Origin: Blastococcus sp.
GTDB lineage: Bacteria > Actinomycetota > Actinomycetes > Mycobacteriales > Geodermatophilaceae
DNA: 64,000 bases
Direction of reading: 5' to 3'
Assembly: GCA_025965715.1 (NCBI GenBank)
Contig: JAOPWJ010000053.1
Span: 1,291-65,290 of the forward strand
Shown: positions 9,401 to 18,703 of the stretch, piece by piece
Position numbering within the stretch: the first letter of the stretch is position 1
Layout: every line of letters begins with the position of its first letter
Notes under the pieces: generated by a model
The model's database searches: none
What the model was told of the DNA's origin: nothing
The model's input: the letters and a program-made list of their open reading frames with translations, nothing else
Translations under genes and position numbers: made by a program

Positions 9401-12390
9401 AGCCGCGCCCGGCGGCCGAACCAGCCCGATGCCGCCGCGGTCTGCGCGTGCACGTAGACCTCGGCCAGGGGCAGGCCCAGCGCCTCGGGTGTGCAGACGT
9501 CCAGCCCGGGGTGGCGGAAGGCGGTGAAGGCAGCGATCTCACCGAGGACGGCGCTCGTCGCCGCCGTCCACAGCTCGGTGAAGGTCTCGTCGATGACGTC
9601 CAGGCCGATGCCGGGACCACTGAGGATGTGCACCAGGGCGTCGAGCTCGTCGGCAGTCCTCGCCCGCCGCAGCACCCCGGACAGCTCCGGGACCGCCGAC
9701 ACCTCGCGCACCGCCCGGTCCACCTCGGCGGCCGCGGTCTGGGTGGCCGGCAGGTCGATCTCGGGAGAGTCGACGAACGCCCACGGGTGCCGCAGCGACG
9801 GGCGGGTGAGGTCGGCGATGTCGGGCAGGAGCGCCAGCTCGACCCGGACGGCCCGCAGGACCTCGGCGGGAGCGTTGGCGGCGAACGGCGCGGGCACCGG
9901 CAGCGGGTCGACGTCGCTGCCGGCGGTCAGCTCCGCCGTCCGCGCCGAGTACAGCGACAGCCCGACCGCGTTCTCGGCGTGCAGCCGGTCGGCGTAGCGG
10001 GCCAGCATGCGCCGGGAGGACCGGAGGTTCTCCTCCTCGGTCGCCAGGCCCTGCTCGTCGACGGCGACCGCGTGCTCCAGCGCCAGCCGGATCTGGGCCC
10101 GCACCATCGAGGGCCGCGAACCCTTGTCGTGCAGATCGAGCGCGAACATGCCCATGCCCATGGCGTCGAGCCGGCGCGCGACGACGTCGAGGGCCGCGCG
10201 CTTCTCGGCGACGAACAGCACCCGCTTGCCGTCGGCGACCGCCCGGGTCAGCAGGTTGGTGATCGTCTGCGACTTGCCGGTACCGGGCGGGCCCTCCAGC
10301 ACGAACGTGCGGCCGGCCGTGGCCTCGGCGATCGCCCGCAGCTGGGAGGCGTCGGCCGGGGCGGGCAGCGTCGCGGCCAGCTCGTCGAGGTCGACGAACC
10401 GAGCCGTGTCGCTGACCGGATCGGGAAACGTCTCGGTCGGCTGGTGCACCAGGTGCGAGACCAGCGGGTTGTCGGTGAAGTCGGCCCAGTGCTCGTCCAG
10501 GTCCTTCCACAGCCGGAACTTGGCGAACTGCAGGATCGCCAGGTCCGCCGTCGCCTCGACCCGGTAGGGCAGCCCATGTCCGACCAGCCCGACCCGCATG
10601 GCCTCCAGCGCCGTGTCGAGGTCGAGTCCGCCGCCGTCGACCGGCTCGGTCAGCGTCGGGACGACGAGGCCGTGCAACTGACGCAGCTTCTCGAGCAGGC
10701 AGTAGTTCGGCGTGCTCGATCCCGCCTCGTCGAGGGTCAGCCGGTAGGAGCCGGTGCGGCCCATCGGCGCCAGCACCACCGGGATGAGCACCAGCGGGGA
10801 GCGCAGCGGGCGTCCGTCGAGTTCCCACACCAGGCTGCCCAGCGCCAGGTAGAGGTTGTTGGCGCCGGTCTCCTCCTGCACCGTCTTCGCCTTGTAGGCG
10901 AGATTGCGCAGGCGGGGCAGGTACCCGCCGGTGGTGACGTCGGCGTGCACCTCCCGGCGGTCGACCAGCAGCTCGGCCAACTGTGCCTCGGGCAGCTCCC
11001 GCGCGCTGCTGAGCCCGCGCTCCTTCTGCACGGCGGCCAGCTGGTCGCCCGGCAGGAGGGTGATCGGCGTTCCGTCGTGGACGAAGTTCTCCAGCACTCC
11101 CAGCGACGGACCCGGGACCGTGAGGGCCAGCCCGGAGCGCTCGGTGTAGTTGATCAGCCGGTTGCGCAGGCTCAGGTCGAGCAGTGCGTTCTTCCACTGC
11201 TGGACGCGCGGCGGCGCCTCGGGCCTGCTCGACGGCGCGGGCGGCTGCGGCTCGGGAACGGTCGGGGCGCTGTGTTCTGCCGGCCGGTACTCGACCACCT
11301 GCAGGACGCCGCGGGCGTCGCGGGCCCGGGCGGGCAGCGGCACGATGCCGTCGCGGCGGGCCCGGTGGACGTCGGTGACACCCAGGATCCGGTCCAGCTC
11401 GCCGGTCAGCCAGCCGGCGTAGGCGGCGCGATGCAGATCGGCGTCCGGCTCGCCCTTGCTCGTGAGCAGCGTGGTCTCGACCAGCCCGATGAGGCCCAGG
11501 TCGACCAGGTTGACCAGCGGTGCGGCGTCGGTGGTGGCGGCGCTTTCCGCGCTGCGCTCCTCGCGCCAGTAGCCGAGGAAGGCGTGTGCGCCGCCCGCCC
11601 CGCCGCCGACACCCTCCGCCAGCCACAGCAGCGGCCGGATGCCGGACTGCTCCAGGGCGGCGGCCAGGAGGACGACAGTGTCCAGCGGCGTGCCGACCCG
11701 CCAGGTGAGGACGTCGCCGGGCGTGCGCACCTGCTGACCGAGGTCGGACCAGCTGGCCGGCGGCTCGCTGTAGCGGATGCCGCGGCGCGAGATCACGTGG
11801 GCGAGGGCGGCGACGATCTCGTCCACCCGCTCCGGACCGGCGGCGTAGCCCTCGATGGCGCCGCTGCCGGTGCGCTGCTCGAGCAGCGCGGACGCCTCGC
11901 TGACCAGCCCGGGAATCGCCGGGTGGTTCGGCATCACGTGCGCGGCCAGCATCTCCAGCGCCAGGGGCAGGGGAGTGGCCAGCCACTGCTGAGCGGCGAG
12001 CACCTGCACCGGCCGCAGCGTGCTGCCGACCAGTTCGCCGCCGGTCTCGACCTCCACCTCGATGACGCCGGGGCGCTGCTCCTCGACGTGCAGCATCGCG
12101 GCCGGGTCCATCACGAGGCCGACGTCCGTGAGCACCGTCGTCCGTGCCTCGTCGAGGTCGACCAGCAGCTCGACGGCCTGCGCGATGGGGCCCTCGGCGT
12201 CGCGCACCGACAGGCGCACCGTGGCGCCGCGGACCGGCCCGCCCGCGGAGGTCAAAGCGAGCCGGGAGACGACCGGGAGGCGGTTGTGCGCGAGCGCGTA
12301 GCTGAGGACGGGGGTGCTGGTGATCTCGATGGAGACGGCCGTCCGCGGGGCGACGACGTCGCCCACTCGGATGTCGGCAGTGCTCTCCAT
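6463..12390 (-). CDS. DUF4011/DUF3320 SF1 (DNA2/NAM7-like) helicase with Vsr/REase-like domain; Hhe-type defence candidate
   Basis: 1975 aa; WKNALLDLSLRNRLINY and EETGANNLYLALG (DUF4011); GPPGTGKSQT, VFDEASQ, GDSKQMPP, WHYRS, ENVQGDERD, RLNVAITRAR; FRVDL...LDG; C-terminal EGPVH winged helix. Confidence 0.9.
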   Translation of the reverse strand: MESTADIRVGDVVAPRTAVSIEITSTPVLSYALAHNRLPVVSRLALTSAGGPVRGATVRLSVRDAEGPIAQAVELLVDLDEARTTVLTDVGLVMDPAAMLHVEEQRPGVIEVEVETGGELVGSTLRPVQVLAAQQWLATPLPLALEMLAAHVMPNHPAIPGLVSEASALLEQRTGSGAIEGYAAGPERVDEIVAALAHVISRRGIRYSEPPASWSDLGQQVRTPGDVLTWRVGTPLDTVVLLAAALEQSGIRPLLWLAEGVGGGAGGAHAFLGYWREERSAESAATTDAAPLVNLVDLGLIGLVETTLLTSKGEPDADLHRAAYAGWLTGELDRILGVTDVHRARRDGIVPLPARARDARGVLQVVEYRPAEHSAPTVPEPQPPAPSSRPEAPPRVQQWKNALLDLSLRNRLINYTERSGLALTVPGPSLGVLENFVHDGTPITLLPGDQLAAVQKERGLSSARELPEAQLAELLVDRREVHADVTTGGYLPRLRNLAYKAKTVQEETGANNLYLALGSLVWELDGRPLRSPLVLIPVVLAPMGRTGSYRLTLDEAGSSTPNYCLLEKLRQLHGLVVPTLTEPVDGGGLDLDTALEAMRVGLVGHGLPYRVEATADLAILQFAKFRLWKDLDEHWADFTDNPLVSHLVHQPTETFPDPVSDTARFVDLDELAATLPAPADASQLRAIAEATAGRTFVLEGPPGTGKSQTITNLLTRAVADGKRVLFVAEKRAALDVVARRLDAMGMGMFALDLHDKGSRPSMVRAQIRLALEHAVAVDEQGLATEEENLRSSRRMLARYADRLHAENAVGLSLYSARTAELTAGSDVDPLPVPAPFAANAPAEVLRAVRVELALLPDIADLTRPSLRHPWAFVDSPEIDLPATQTAAAEVDRAVREVSAVPELSGVLRRARTADELDALVHILSGPGIGLDVIDETFTELWTAATSAVLGEIAAFTAFRHPGLDVCTPEALGLPLAEVYVHAQTAAASGWFGRRARLLTVRDRLAPYLRPEAKVKPKDVPALVERLWRVQTAVQAIAVRADSIPGLSVPHGWNPFLHTDVLDAQVQWLRRAGAAVDGSSPFHVQLRKLIVAGLPEGAADAVAALRDALRGLLAVAGSSTDQLATWAGDDGIVLRWSMTRPERGLPAPDSGVAPSSVLMSLRRWVTFLDTLEPLRYAGLFDARTLLVTGAVPADDAVRAFDRGLAAASVAERLDATGLDMFDARAHEKAIRRFTSASRAVREHLAAALPAAVLASRPFDAASGSGQVGALQRELAKQRRGLGVRSLLAQYGELITSVMPCVLVSPDSVARFFPASSGQFDLVVFDEASQIRVADAVGALGRAKAAVVVGDSKQMPPTSFAEPATGSDDGSDFPEMGVEDEESILSECVQARVPRQWLSWHYRSQDESLIAFSNAQYYENRLSSFPAPTHGRSSSEPDGRGVSLVRVPGTFHRSGAGRLLRTNPIEAKAIVAEIRRRFDASPASVPSIGVVTFNAQQRAYIEALLRDADDDRLAAALDRADGEGLFVKNLENVQGDERDVVFFSTGFSPNAAGNLPLNFGPLNRMGGERRLNVAITRARRQVVLFSSFDPEQLRAEETSSVGIKHLRAYLDLAAQGTDVLPRDPRSTSVVDRHRESIAAALRERGLVVRTDVGLSEFRVDLSLSRPADPETPVMAVLLDGPSWARRRTVGDRDGLPVEVLGDMLRWPSVQRVWLPSWLADSRAVLDELVAALDTVPETVPEIVPEAVPFPTAAVESFKGVAALRASVTSSVTVPPAALRPVAKPAPARKPAGPVPMDGETQFVPWIPKVAGEKSVLDELPASKAARVVRRVLAAGIRTEGPVHVDRLAKLTVGAFGVNRVTEARKSTLLSLLPPSAMVDDYLWPDGVSPDSWTGFRRQMSSTDRPLEHVAPQEVANAMAALCRASAGMRRDELLTQTAGVFGYKRRTQTVTPMLEAGLSFAVERGRITEQPSGLLTV

Positions 12391-12638
12391 GTCACCTGTC
12401 TACCGGGTCGGACGGAATGGTCCCCCCATGCCCCCCGACGGATGGGGCGCATGTGACGGGTGCGGTGCAACGTTGCCGGGGATCACAGGCCCGTCGTGCG
12501 CGGGGGGTTCCGCGGGAGCGAAGCGCTGCCGAGAGGCGGGTGCCCGGCGGCGTCACGGAGCTGTTCTGGAACCGTTCGGTCGCCTATTCTCCGCTGGCGG
12601 TGACGGGCACCGCTCGTTCGGCGGTGCGGAGGTGGGGA

Positions 12639-13289
12639 ATGCTCGAGCGAGAGCAACTGCGGGTCTCCGACAGCGAACGGCAGGCCGCCGTCGACCGGCT
12701 GTGCCGGGCCCACGACGAGGGGCGTCTCGATCTCGACGAGTACGACCGTCGGCTCGCGGCCGCCTATGGAGCCGTGACCTACGCGGACCTGGATCAGCTG
12801 TTCACGGACCTGCCGGGTCCGCAGGGCTACGGGATGCCGGAGTACCGCCCATTCCCGGAAGCGCAGTACCCGGCGCCGTCCGCGCTGCCGTACCCGCCGC
12901 CGTCCTACGCTCGGCCCGCGCAGCCGGCGCGGCCCATCGGAGAGGTGCGCAGCACCGGGCTGCACGTCCTGCTGTTCGTCCTCACCTTCGGCATCTGGGG
13001 CTTCGTCTACTACTTCCAGACGCACGAGGAGATGAAGCAGCACAGCGGGGAAGGCATCGGCGGGGTTCTTGCCCTGGTCGTGAGCTTCCTCGTCAGCATC
13101 GTGTCGCCCTACCTGCTCAGCCACGAGGTCGGGCGCCTCTACGAGCGCCGGGGCCAGCGGAGTCCGGTCAGCGCCCTCACCGGACTCTGGTTCTTTCCGG
13201 GGATCTTCCTCGTGGTGGGGCCCTTGGTCTGGTTCGTCCTCACCAACAGCGCGCTCAACGACTACTGGCGCGGCCTCGGGGCGCGCTGA
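12639..13289 (+). CDS. DUF1707 (SHOCT-like) + DUF4234-like membrane protein
   Basis: RVSDSERQAAVDRL..AHDEGRLDLDEYDRRL; C-terminal LFVLTFGIWGFVYYFQTHEEM and LNDYW. Confidence 0.85.
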   Translation: MLEREQLRVSDSERQAAVDRLCRAHDEGRLDLDEYDRRLAAAYGAVTYADLDQLFTDLPGPQGYGMPEYRPFPEAQYPAPSALPYPPPSYARPAQPARPIGEVRSTGLHVLLFVLTFGIWGFVYYFQTHEEMKQHSGEGIGGVLALVVSFLVSIVSPYLLSHEVGRLYERRGQRSPVSALTGLWFFPGIFLVVGPLVWFVLTNSALNDYWRGLGAR

Positions 13290-13414
13290 CCCTCCGCAGG
13301 GCGCCTCCGGGAGTGGCCCGGAGCGTTCCGGCAAGGTCCGTGGCCGTGCGACCATGCGCGCACCGCCGGAGGGCACATCGATCGGCTTCCGGCGGCCGGA
13401 CAGGAGTGGGAGAC

Positions 13415-13909
13415 GTGATCGAGCGATCCGAGTTGCGGGTCTCCGACGGCGAGCGGCAGGCCGCGGTCGACCGGCTGCGCGTGGCCCACGACGAGGGCCG
13501 CCTGGACCTCGACGAGTACGACCGCCGCTTGGCGGCGGCCTACTCCTCGGTGACCTACGGGGATCTCGACCTGTTGTTCACCGACCTCCCACCCGCCGGT
13601 GCTCCGCTGCACGTCCCGCCGGGCCGCCCCGCCTCGCGGGTGGACCGCCCGCGGGTACTGGACGCGGGAACGATCGGCGACATGCACCTGGCGCTCAAGG
13701 TGCTCTGGATCATCTGGACCTCCATCGTCGGCATCAACCTGACCGTCTGGGTGCTGGTCGGCCTGGGCAGCGATGACGCCCCGTACTTCTGGCCGATGTG
13801 GCTGGCCGTTCCCGGCGTCGCCCTCTTCGTCGCCACCGCAGTGACGCTGGCTGCCCAGCGGGGACGGCCGCCGTCGGAGGGCCCGCCGTCCCGCGGCATC
13901 GAGAAGTGA
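13415..13909 (+). CDS. DUF1707 membrane protein
   Basis: GTG after AGGAG; RVSDGERQAAVDRLRVAHDEGRL; two TM helices with YFWPMW. Confidence 0.85.
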   Translation: MIERSELRVSDGERQAAVDRLRVAHDEGRLDLDEYDRRLAAAYSSVTYGDLDLLFTDLPPAGAPLHVPPGRPASRVDRPRVLDAGTIGDMHLALKVLWIIWTSIVGINLTVWVLVGLGSDDAPYFWPMWLAVPGVALFVATAVTLAAQRGRPPSEGPPSRGIEK

Positions 13910-14700
13910 GCGACCTCCAGCGGCGGAAGTCCGGCTTGATCGTCGAGACCCGGGGGTTCGTGCGGCTGCTCACCCTCGACCGCCCCGAACGCCGCAATGC
14001 CCTGTCCGACGCGCTGCAGGCCGACCTGGTCGAGGAACTGCTGGGCGCCGCCGAGGCCGGGGACGTGCGCGCCGTCGTGCTCACGGGAAACGGCCCCGCG
14101 TTCTGCGCCGGCTTCGACCTCAAGGAGATCCGGGAGGGTGACCGGCGGGGGGAGCGCTTCCGCCCGCCGATGAACCGGCCGACCCGCTCGCTGTTCGAGG
14201 TGGTCACCGAGACGCCGGTGCCCGTGATCGCGGCCCTCAACGGCGCCGCCGTCGCCGGCGGGTTCGAACTGGCCCTGGCCTGCGACCTCCGAGTCGCGGC
14301 GACCGGCATCCCGATGGGACTGCCCGAGGCGAGGATCGGGATGGGCGCCAACTTCGGTTCCGTCGTCCTGCCCAAGCGCGTCCCCATGGGGGTCGCGATG
14401 GAGATGCTGCTGACCGGCGAATACGTCACCAGTGAGGACGCCGCCCGGTGGGGCCTGGTCAACCGCGTCGTCGAACCGGACGACGTCCTGCCGACGGCGA
14501 TGCGGCTGGCCGAGCGCATCGCCGCGAACGCCCCCCTCTCGGTGCGCCGGATGAAGGAGACGGCCGTCAAGGCTCTGGAGCTGCCGCTGTGGCAGGCGCT
14601 CCGGCTCGACGTCGGCCCCAATCCGTACCTCAGCGAGGACCGCCGCGAGGGCATCGCCGCCTATCTGGACAAGCGCCCGCCGGAGTGGACCGGCCGCTGA
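13906..14700 (+). CDS. enoyl-CoA hydratase/isomerase family protein
   Basis: LDRPERRNAL, FCAGFDLKE, PVIAALNGAAVAGGFELALACDLR, PEARIG; GTGA overlap with upstream gene. Confidence 0.92.
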   Translation: MSDLQRRKSGLIVETRGFVRLLTLDRPERRNALSDALQADLVEELLGAAEAGDVRAVVLTGNGPAFCAGFDLKEIREGDRRGERFRPPMNRPTRSLFEVVTETPVPVIAALNGAAVAGGFELALACDLRVAATGIPMGLPEARIGMGANFGSVVLPKRVPMGVAMEMLLTGEYVTSEDAARWGLVNRVVEPDDVLPTAMRLAERIAANAPLSVRRMKETAVKALELPLWQALRLDVGPNPYLSEDRREGIAAYLDKRPPEWTGR

Positions 14701-14710
14701 CCGGCGCAGC

Positions 14711-16036
14711 TCAGGGGCCGAGGATCCAGAGCATCTGCGTGCGGGTGCGGGGCGAGTTGCATTCGCCGACCATCACCGCGCCCGCGCCGTGCTCGCCGGG
14801 GAAGAGGCCGCGCACGTCCTGGCCGGGGCAGCCGACGTCCACGGGCTCGCGCAGCTCGCCGGTGGTCAGGTCGACCGGGCGGGCCCCGGCGCGCGCCGGA
14901 AGCAGACCCCACACCTGGGCTGGCTCGACGACGAGCGCATAGTCGTAGGAGTCGTCGAGCTGGGCGAGCACCGGGCCGGCCTCGCCACCCGGCGGAACCG
15001 CCATGACCCAGCCCCCGCCTGCAGACACCTCCACGACCAGGAACGTCGTTCCGTCCCCGCCGGCGGCGACGGCATGGGTCTGCGCGCGCTCCGACCGGCT
15101 CGTCACCGGCACCGGCCGACCTGTCGCCTGCAGCGTGCCGTCGAAGGAGAGCAGCGTCGGGATCCGGTCGGAGCTCCTGGCGTCCGGGGTCGCGTCCACG
15201 ACGAGCGTCACCCCGCCGTCGGGCAGGGGCACCAGTCCGGCCAGCTCGTGGCCGGCCGGCGACTCCGACACCGCGGCGACGTCGGCGGCGAGGTCGCGGT
15301 CGGCCAGCACTGTCCCGGTGGCGGCGTCCAGCGCGATCAGCCGTTCCCGGGCGCCGCCACCGGAGAGGGTGGACAGGAACAGGTAGAGCGTCCGGCCGTC
15401 GGGTGCGAGCGCCGACCGACCGAAGGCGAACAGCGTCTTGCCGGCGTAGGGCTCGACGACCGTCGTCCGCACGCGTCCGCTCGACGGATCGACCACCGCC
15501 AGCCCGTAGCCCGCGCGGCGGCCCTCTGCCGTGCGCAGCGTCCCGGTGACCACGACAGCGCCATCGGCCAGCAGGTGCAGTCCCCAGACGTCGTCCACGC
15601 CCGTCAGCTCCACCGATCCGCGAACCGCGAAGCCGGTGCCCGACGGGCGCACGGTGGCCAGTCGCGGCGCCCGGCTCGACCCGACGGGCGCGAGCGTGAC
15701 GTGGACCGTGCCACCCGGCCCGGCGACCGCCTGCTCCACCTGGGAGAAGACCCCTGGCGCCGCCGCGGTCAGATCCACTGTCCCCACGACCGCGCGCAGG
15801 GGGCCCGTGCTGAGCGGCTGGTCGGCCGCGGGTGTCCCGGGCGTCGCGGGCCCCCTGCCCCGGGGGCCGTCCGCTCCCGCGTCCGCTCCCGCCGTCGCGG
15901 CCGGCGCCGTGCGGGGATCGCCTGCGGAGCGCGCCCCCGGGGCAGGGCATCCGCTGAGCGCCGTCAGGACGGCGGCCGTGACCACGGCGACGGCGAGGCG
16001 CCGTGCCCGCCCGGTGCCGCAAGATGACGGATGCAT
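14711..16036 (-). CDS. hypothetical lipoprotein (possible beta-propeller)
   Basis: lipobox LSGC; LAPDGRTLY and ALDAATG beta-propeller-like motifs; alternative start at 16051. Confidence 0.7.
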   Translation of the reverse strand: MHPSSCGTGRARRLAVAVVTAAVLTALSGCPAPGARSAGDPRTAPAATAGADAGADGPRGRGPATPGTPAADQPLSTGPLRAVVGTVDLTAAAPGVFSQVEQAVAGPGGTVHVTLAPVGSSRAPRLATVRPSGTGFAVRGSVELTGVDDVWGLHLLADGAVVVTGTLRTAEGRRAGYGLAVVDPSSGRVRTTVVEPYAGKTLFAFGRSALAPDGRTLYLFLSTLSGGGARERLIALDAATGTVLADRDLAADVAAVSESPAGHELAGLVPLPDGGVTLVVDATPDARSSDRIPTLLSFDGTLQATGRPVPVTSRSERAQTHAVAAGGDGTTFLVVEVSAGGGWVMAVPPGGEAGPVLAQLDDSYDYALVVEPAQVWGLLPARAGARPVDLTTGELREPVDVGCPGQDVRGLFPGEHGAGAVMVGECNSPRTRTQMLWILGP

Positions 16037-16137
16037 CACGAGTCGTCCCATCGAACCTCGGCGGAGCCGGATCCGACCACGCGCCTGTCATCCTGCGCTC
16101 GACCCAGCACGTGGGCCACAGAGCCGGAGGAGATCCC

Positions 16138-16344
16138 ATGACCTGCTCGCACTGCAGCACCGCGGAACAGCGCGGTCGTTACTGCGTCGGCTGCGGAAAG
16201 CTGCTGCCGCCTTCGCTCCTGCCGGCCCGCCGGGTACGGCTCGCCCCGCGCCCGCTGGAGAACGACGACACCCAGCCGGTGCTGCGCTTCCGCGTGACGC
16301 CGCGCCCACCTGCCCTCGACGAAGCGGCCCCCGCCGCCGTCTGA
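16138..16344 (+). CDS. small zinc-ribbon protein (CxxC...CxxC)
   Basis: GGAGGA RBS; MTCSHCSTAEQRGRYCVGCGKLL. Confidence 0.7.
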   Translation: MTCSHCSTAEQRGRYCVGCGKLLPPSLLPARRVRLAPRPLENDDTQPVLRFRVTPRPPALDEAAPAAV

Positions 16345-16447
16345 CCCGCCGCCGTCCGACCCCGCCGTCCGACCCCGCCGGGGAGCGCCTTCCGTACGGG
16401 AGGTTCCTCCCCGGCAGGCGCTCCTGGTTCCAGTGGACCCCCGTCGC

Positions 16448-18676
16448 CTAACGGCTGGGAGCGAGCTCCCGCTCGGCAGGCTCGGGCAACGCCTCGCCGT
16501 CGGACTCCCGGATCCCGTACCGCGCGTAGAACCGGCGCAGCGGCCCCGGCGCGTACCAGTTGGCCCGCCCGAGCAGCCGCATCGTGGCGGGCACCAGCAG
16601 GATCCGCACGATCGTCGCGTCGACCACGATGGCGATCAGCATCGCGACGCCGATCATCTTGATGAAGGTGATCCCCGACAGCGAGAACGCGCCGATCACC
16701 ACGAGCAGGAGCAACGCCGCGCTGGTGATGATCCCGCCGGTGCGCTGCAGCCCGGTCGCGACCGCGGCCGTGTTGTCGCCGGTCAGGTCGTACTGCTCGC
16801 GGATCCGCGACATGAGGAAGACCTCGTAGTCCATGGAGAGCCCGAAGACGATCGCCAGCACGAGGATCGGCTGGGTCGCCTCCACGAACCCGGTCGGCGT
16901 GAAGTCCAGGACCCCCGACAGGTGGCCCTCCTGGAAGATCCACACCAGCGCGCCGAACGACGCCCCCAGCGACAGGACGTTCATCACCAGCGCCTTGACC
17001 GGCAGCACGACCGAGCCGAACGCCAGGAACAGCAGCACGAACGTCGTGGTCACCACCATCAGGGCCATCCACGGCAGCAGCCTTCCCAGGCTCGCCAGCA
17101 GGTCGGCGAAGACGGCGCTCTGCCCGCCCACGAGTACCTGGGCCCCCTCGGGCGCCGGCACGGCGCGGACGTCGGCCACCAGGTCGCGAGCCTCCTTGGC
17201 CACCGGGTCGCCGGGATAGGCGATCGACACGCGGGCGGTGTCCCCGGCCGCTCCGGTCACCGTTGTGCCCTCCACGCCGGGCACGGCATCGACCGCCTGG
17301 ACGTAGGCCTGGAGGGCGGCCGTGCCGGCGGGGGAGCGGACGTCGTCCGGCAGGGTGAGGATCGACTGGATCGGGCCTGCAGTGCTCGCCGGGAAGTCGC
17401 GCTCGATGGTCTCGGCGACCACACGGCTCTCCTGGTCGGCGGGCAGCGCGCGGACGTCGATGCCCCCGAACTGCACCCGCAGGAACGGCGAGGCCAGCGC
17501 CAGGAGCAGGCCGGCGACGACCACCGTGTAGACGATCGGCCGGCGCATGACGCTGTGCGCGATCCGGTACCACGCCCCTGTCACCGCCGCCCCTGTCACC
17601 GCCGCCCCTGTCGCCGCCTTGGGTGCCCGGCGGAAGATCCGCCGCAGCCACGGCCGAACCGAGAGGGCGTCGACCTTCGTCCCGAGCATCGCCAGGAGCG
17701 CCGGCAGCAGGGTCAGGGCGGCGAGCATCGCGACCAGGACGGCGCTCATCCCGCCGAAGCCCATGGAGCGCAGGAACACCTGCGGGAAGATCAGCAGCCC
17801 GGCCAGTGAGACGGCCACCGTGATGCCGGAGATCGCCACCGTGCGACCGGCCGTGGCCATGGTGCGGGCCAGTGCCTGCTCCACTGCGTCGTCCCCCCGC
17901 CCACCCGAGCGCTGGATCTCCTCGCGGAATCGGCTGACCATGAACAGGCCGTAGTCGATCGCCAGGCCCAGGCCGGTGATCGTGACGACGTTGACGGCGA
18001 AGATGGATACGTCGGTGAACATCGCGAACCCGCGCAGGGCGGTGAACGCGCCGAGGATCGCGGTGATGCCGATGGCGAGCGGCAGGCCGGCCGCCGCGAA
18101 GCTGCCGAAGATGATCACGAGCAGCACCGCCAGGATGGGCAGCGAGATCGACTCGGCGCGGGCGATGTCGGCACTGACCCGGTCGTTGATGTCGGTGTCG
18201 ACGACCGCGTTGCCGCCGATCTGGGTCTGGAGGCCCGATGCCGACACGACGTCCTTGATCTCGGCGAGTGCGGCGTCCCAGTCGACGTCGGCCAACTGGA
18301 GGACGGCGTAGGTCGAGTGCCGGTCGGTGCTCACCAGTTGGGGCGCGCCCGTGCCGTAGAAGGTGGTCGTCTTCTCGAGCGCCTCCTGCGGTACCGCGGC
18401 CAGCGACGCGCTGACCGCCGCCTCGAACGCCGGGTCGTCGACGGTGAGGTCGTCGCTGCGGTAGAGGATGACGACGTCGGCGGAGTCGCGGCCCAGCGTC
18501 TGGATCGCGAGTTCGGCGGCCTTCGAGCTCTCGCTGCCCGGGTCCTCGAACCCGCCGCCGGTCATGTGCGAGAAGACGCCGGTCCCCCAGACGCCGGCGA
18601 AGACCACGAACGCCACGGAGATCGCGACCACCCAGCGGCGCCTGCGGTAGATCACTCGGCCGAGGGCCTCGAACAT
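16448..18676 (-). CDS. MMPL (RND) family transporter
   Basis: GLAIDYGLFMVSRFREE, GLSMDYEVFLMSRIRE, DATIVRILLVPATM; about 12 TM segments. Confidence 0.93.
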   Translation of the reverse strand: MFEALGRVIYRRRRWVVAISVAFVVFAGVWGTGVFSHMTGGGFEDPGSESSKAAELAIQTLGRDSADVVILYRSDDLTVDDPAFEAAVSASLAAVPQEALEKTTTFYGTGAPQLVSTDRHSTYAVLQLADVDWDAALAEIKDVVSASGLQTQIGGNAVVDTDINDRVSADIARAESISLPILAVLLVIIFGSFAAAGLPLAIGITAILGAFTALRGFAMFTDVSIFAVNVVTITGLGLAIDYGLFMVSRFREEIQRSGGRGDDAVEQALARTMATAGRTVAISGITVAVSLAGLLIFPQVFLRSMGFGGMSAVLVAMLAALTLLPALLAMLGTKVDALSVRPWLRRIFRRAPKAATGAAVTGAAVTGAWYRIAHSVMRRPIVYTVVVAGLLLALASPFLRVQFGGIDVRALPADQESRVVAETIERDFPASTAGPIQSILTLPDDVRSPAGTAALQAYVQAVDAVPGVEGTTVTGAAGDTARVSIAYPGDPVAKEARDLVADVRAVPAPEGAQVLVGGQSAVFADLLASLGRLLPWMALMVVTTTFVLLFLAFGSVVLPVKALVMNVLSLGASFGALVWIFQEGHLSGVLDFTPTGFVEATQPILVLAIVFGLSMDYEVFLMSRIREQYDLTGDNTAAVATGLQRTGGIITSAALLLLVVIGAFSLSGITFIKMIGVAMLIAIVVDATIVRILLVPATMRLLGRANWYAPGPLRRFYARYGIRESDGEALPEPAERELAPSR
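17574..17618. repeat. 15-bp in-frame tandem repeat (3 copies) inside the MMPL gene
   Basis: GCCCCTGTC(A/G)CCGCC x3, encoding AATGAAVTGAAVTGA. Confidence 0.75.
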
Positions 18677-18703
18677 GGCGTCTCCCGTGTTATTTTCGGG
18701 TCG

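Noticed and set aside
9220-12456. Long plus-strand ORF (1078 aa) and other long overlapping ORFs such as 9539-11986, 31480-33159, 44882-46363 and 59030-60523
   Set aside because: Antisense or alternate-frame shadows of real genes, expected at this GC content; no recognisable motifs
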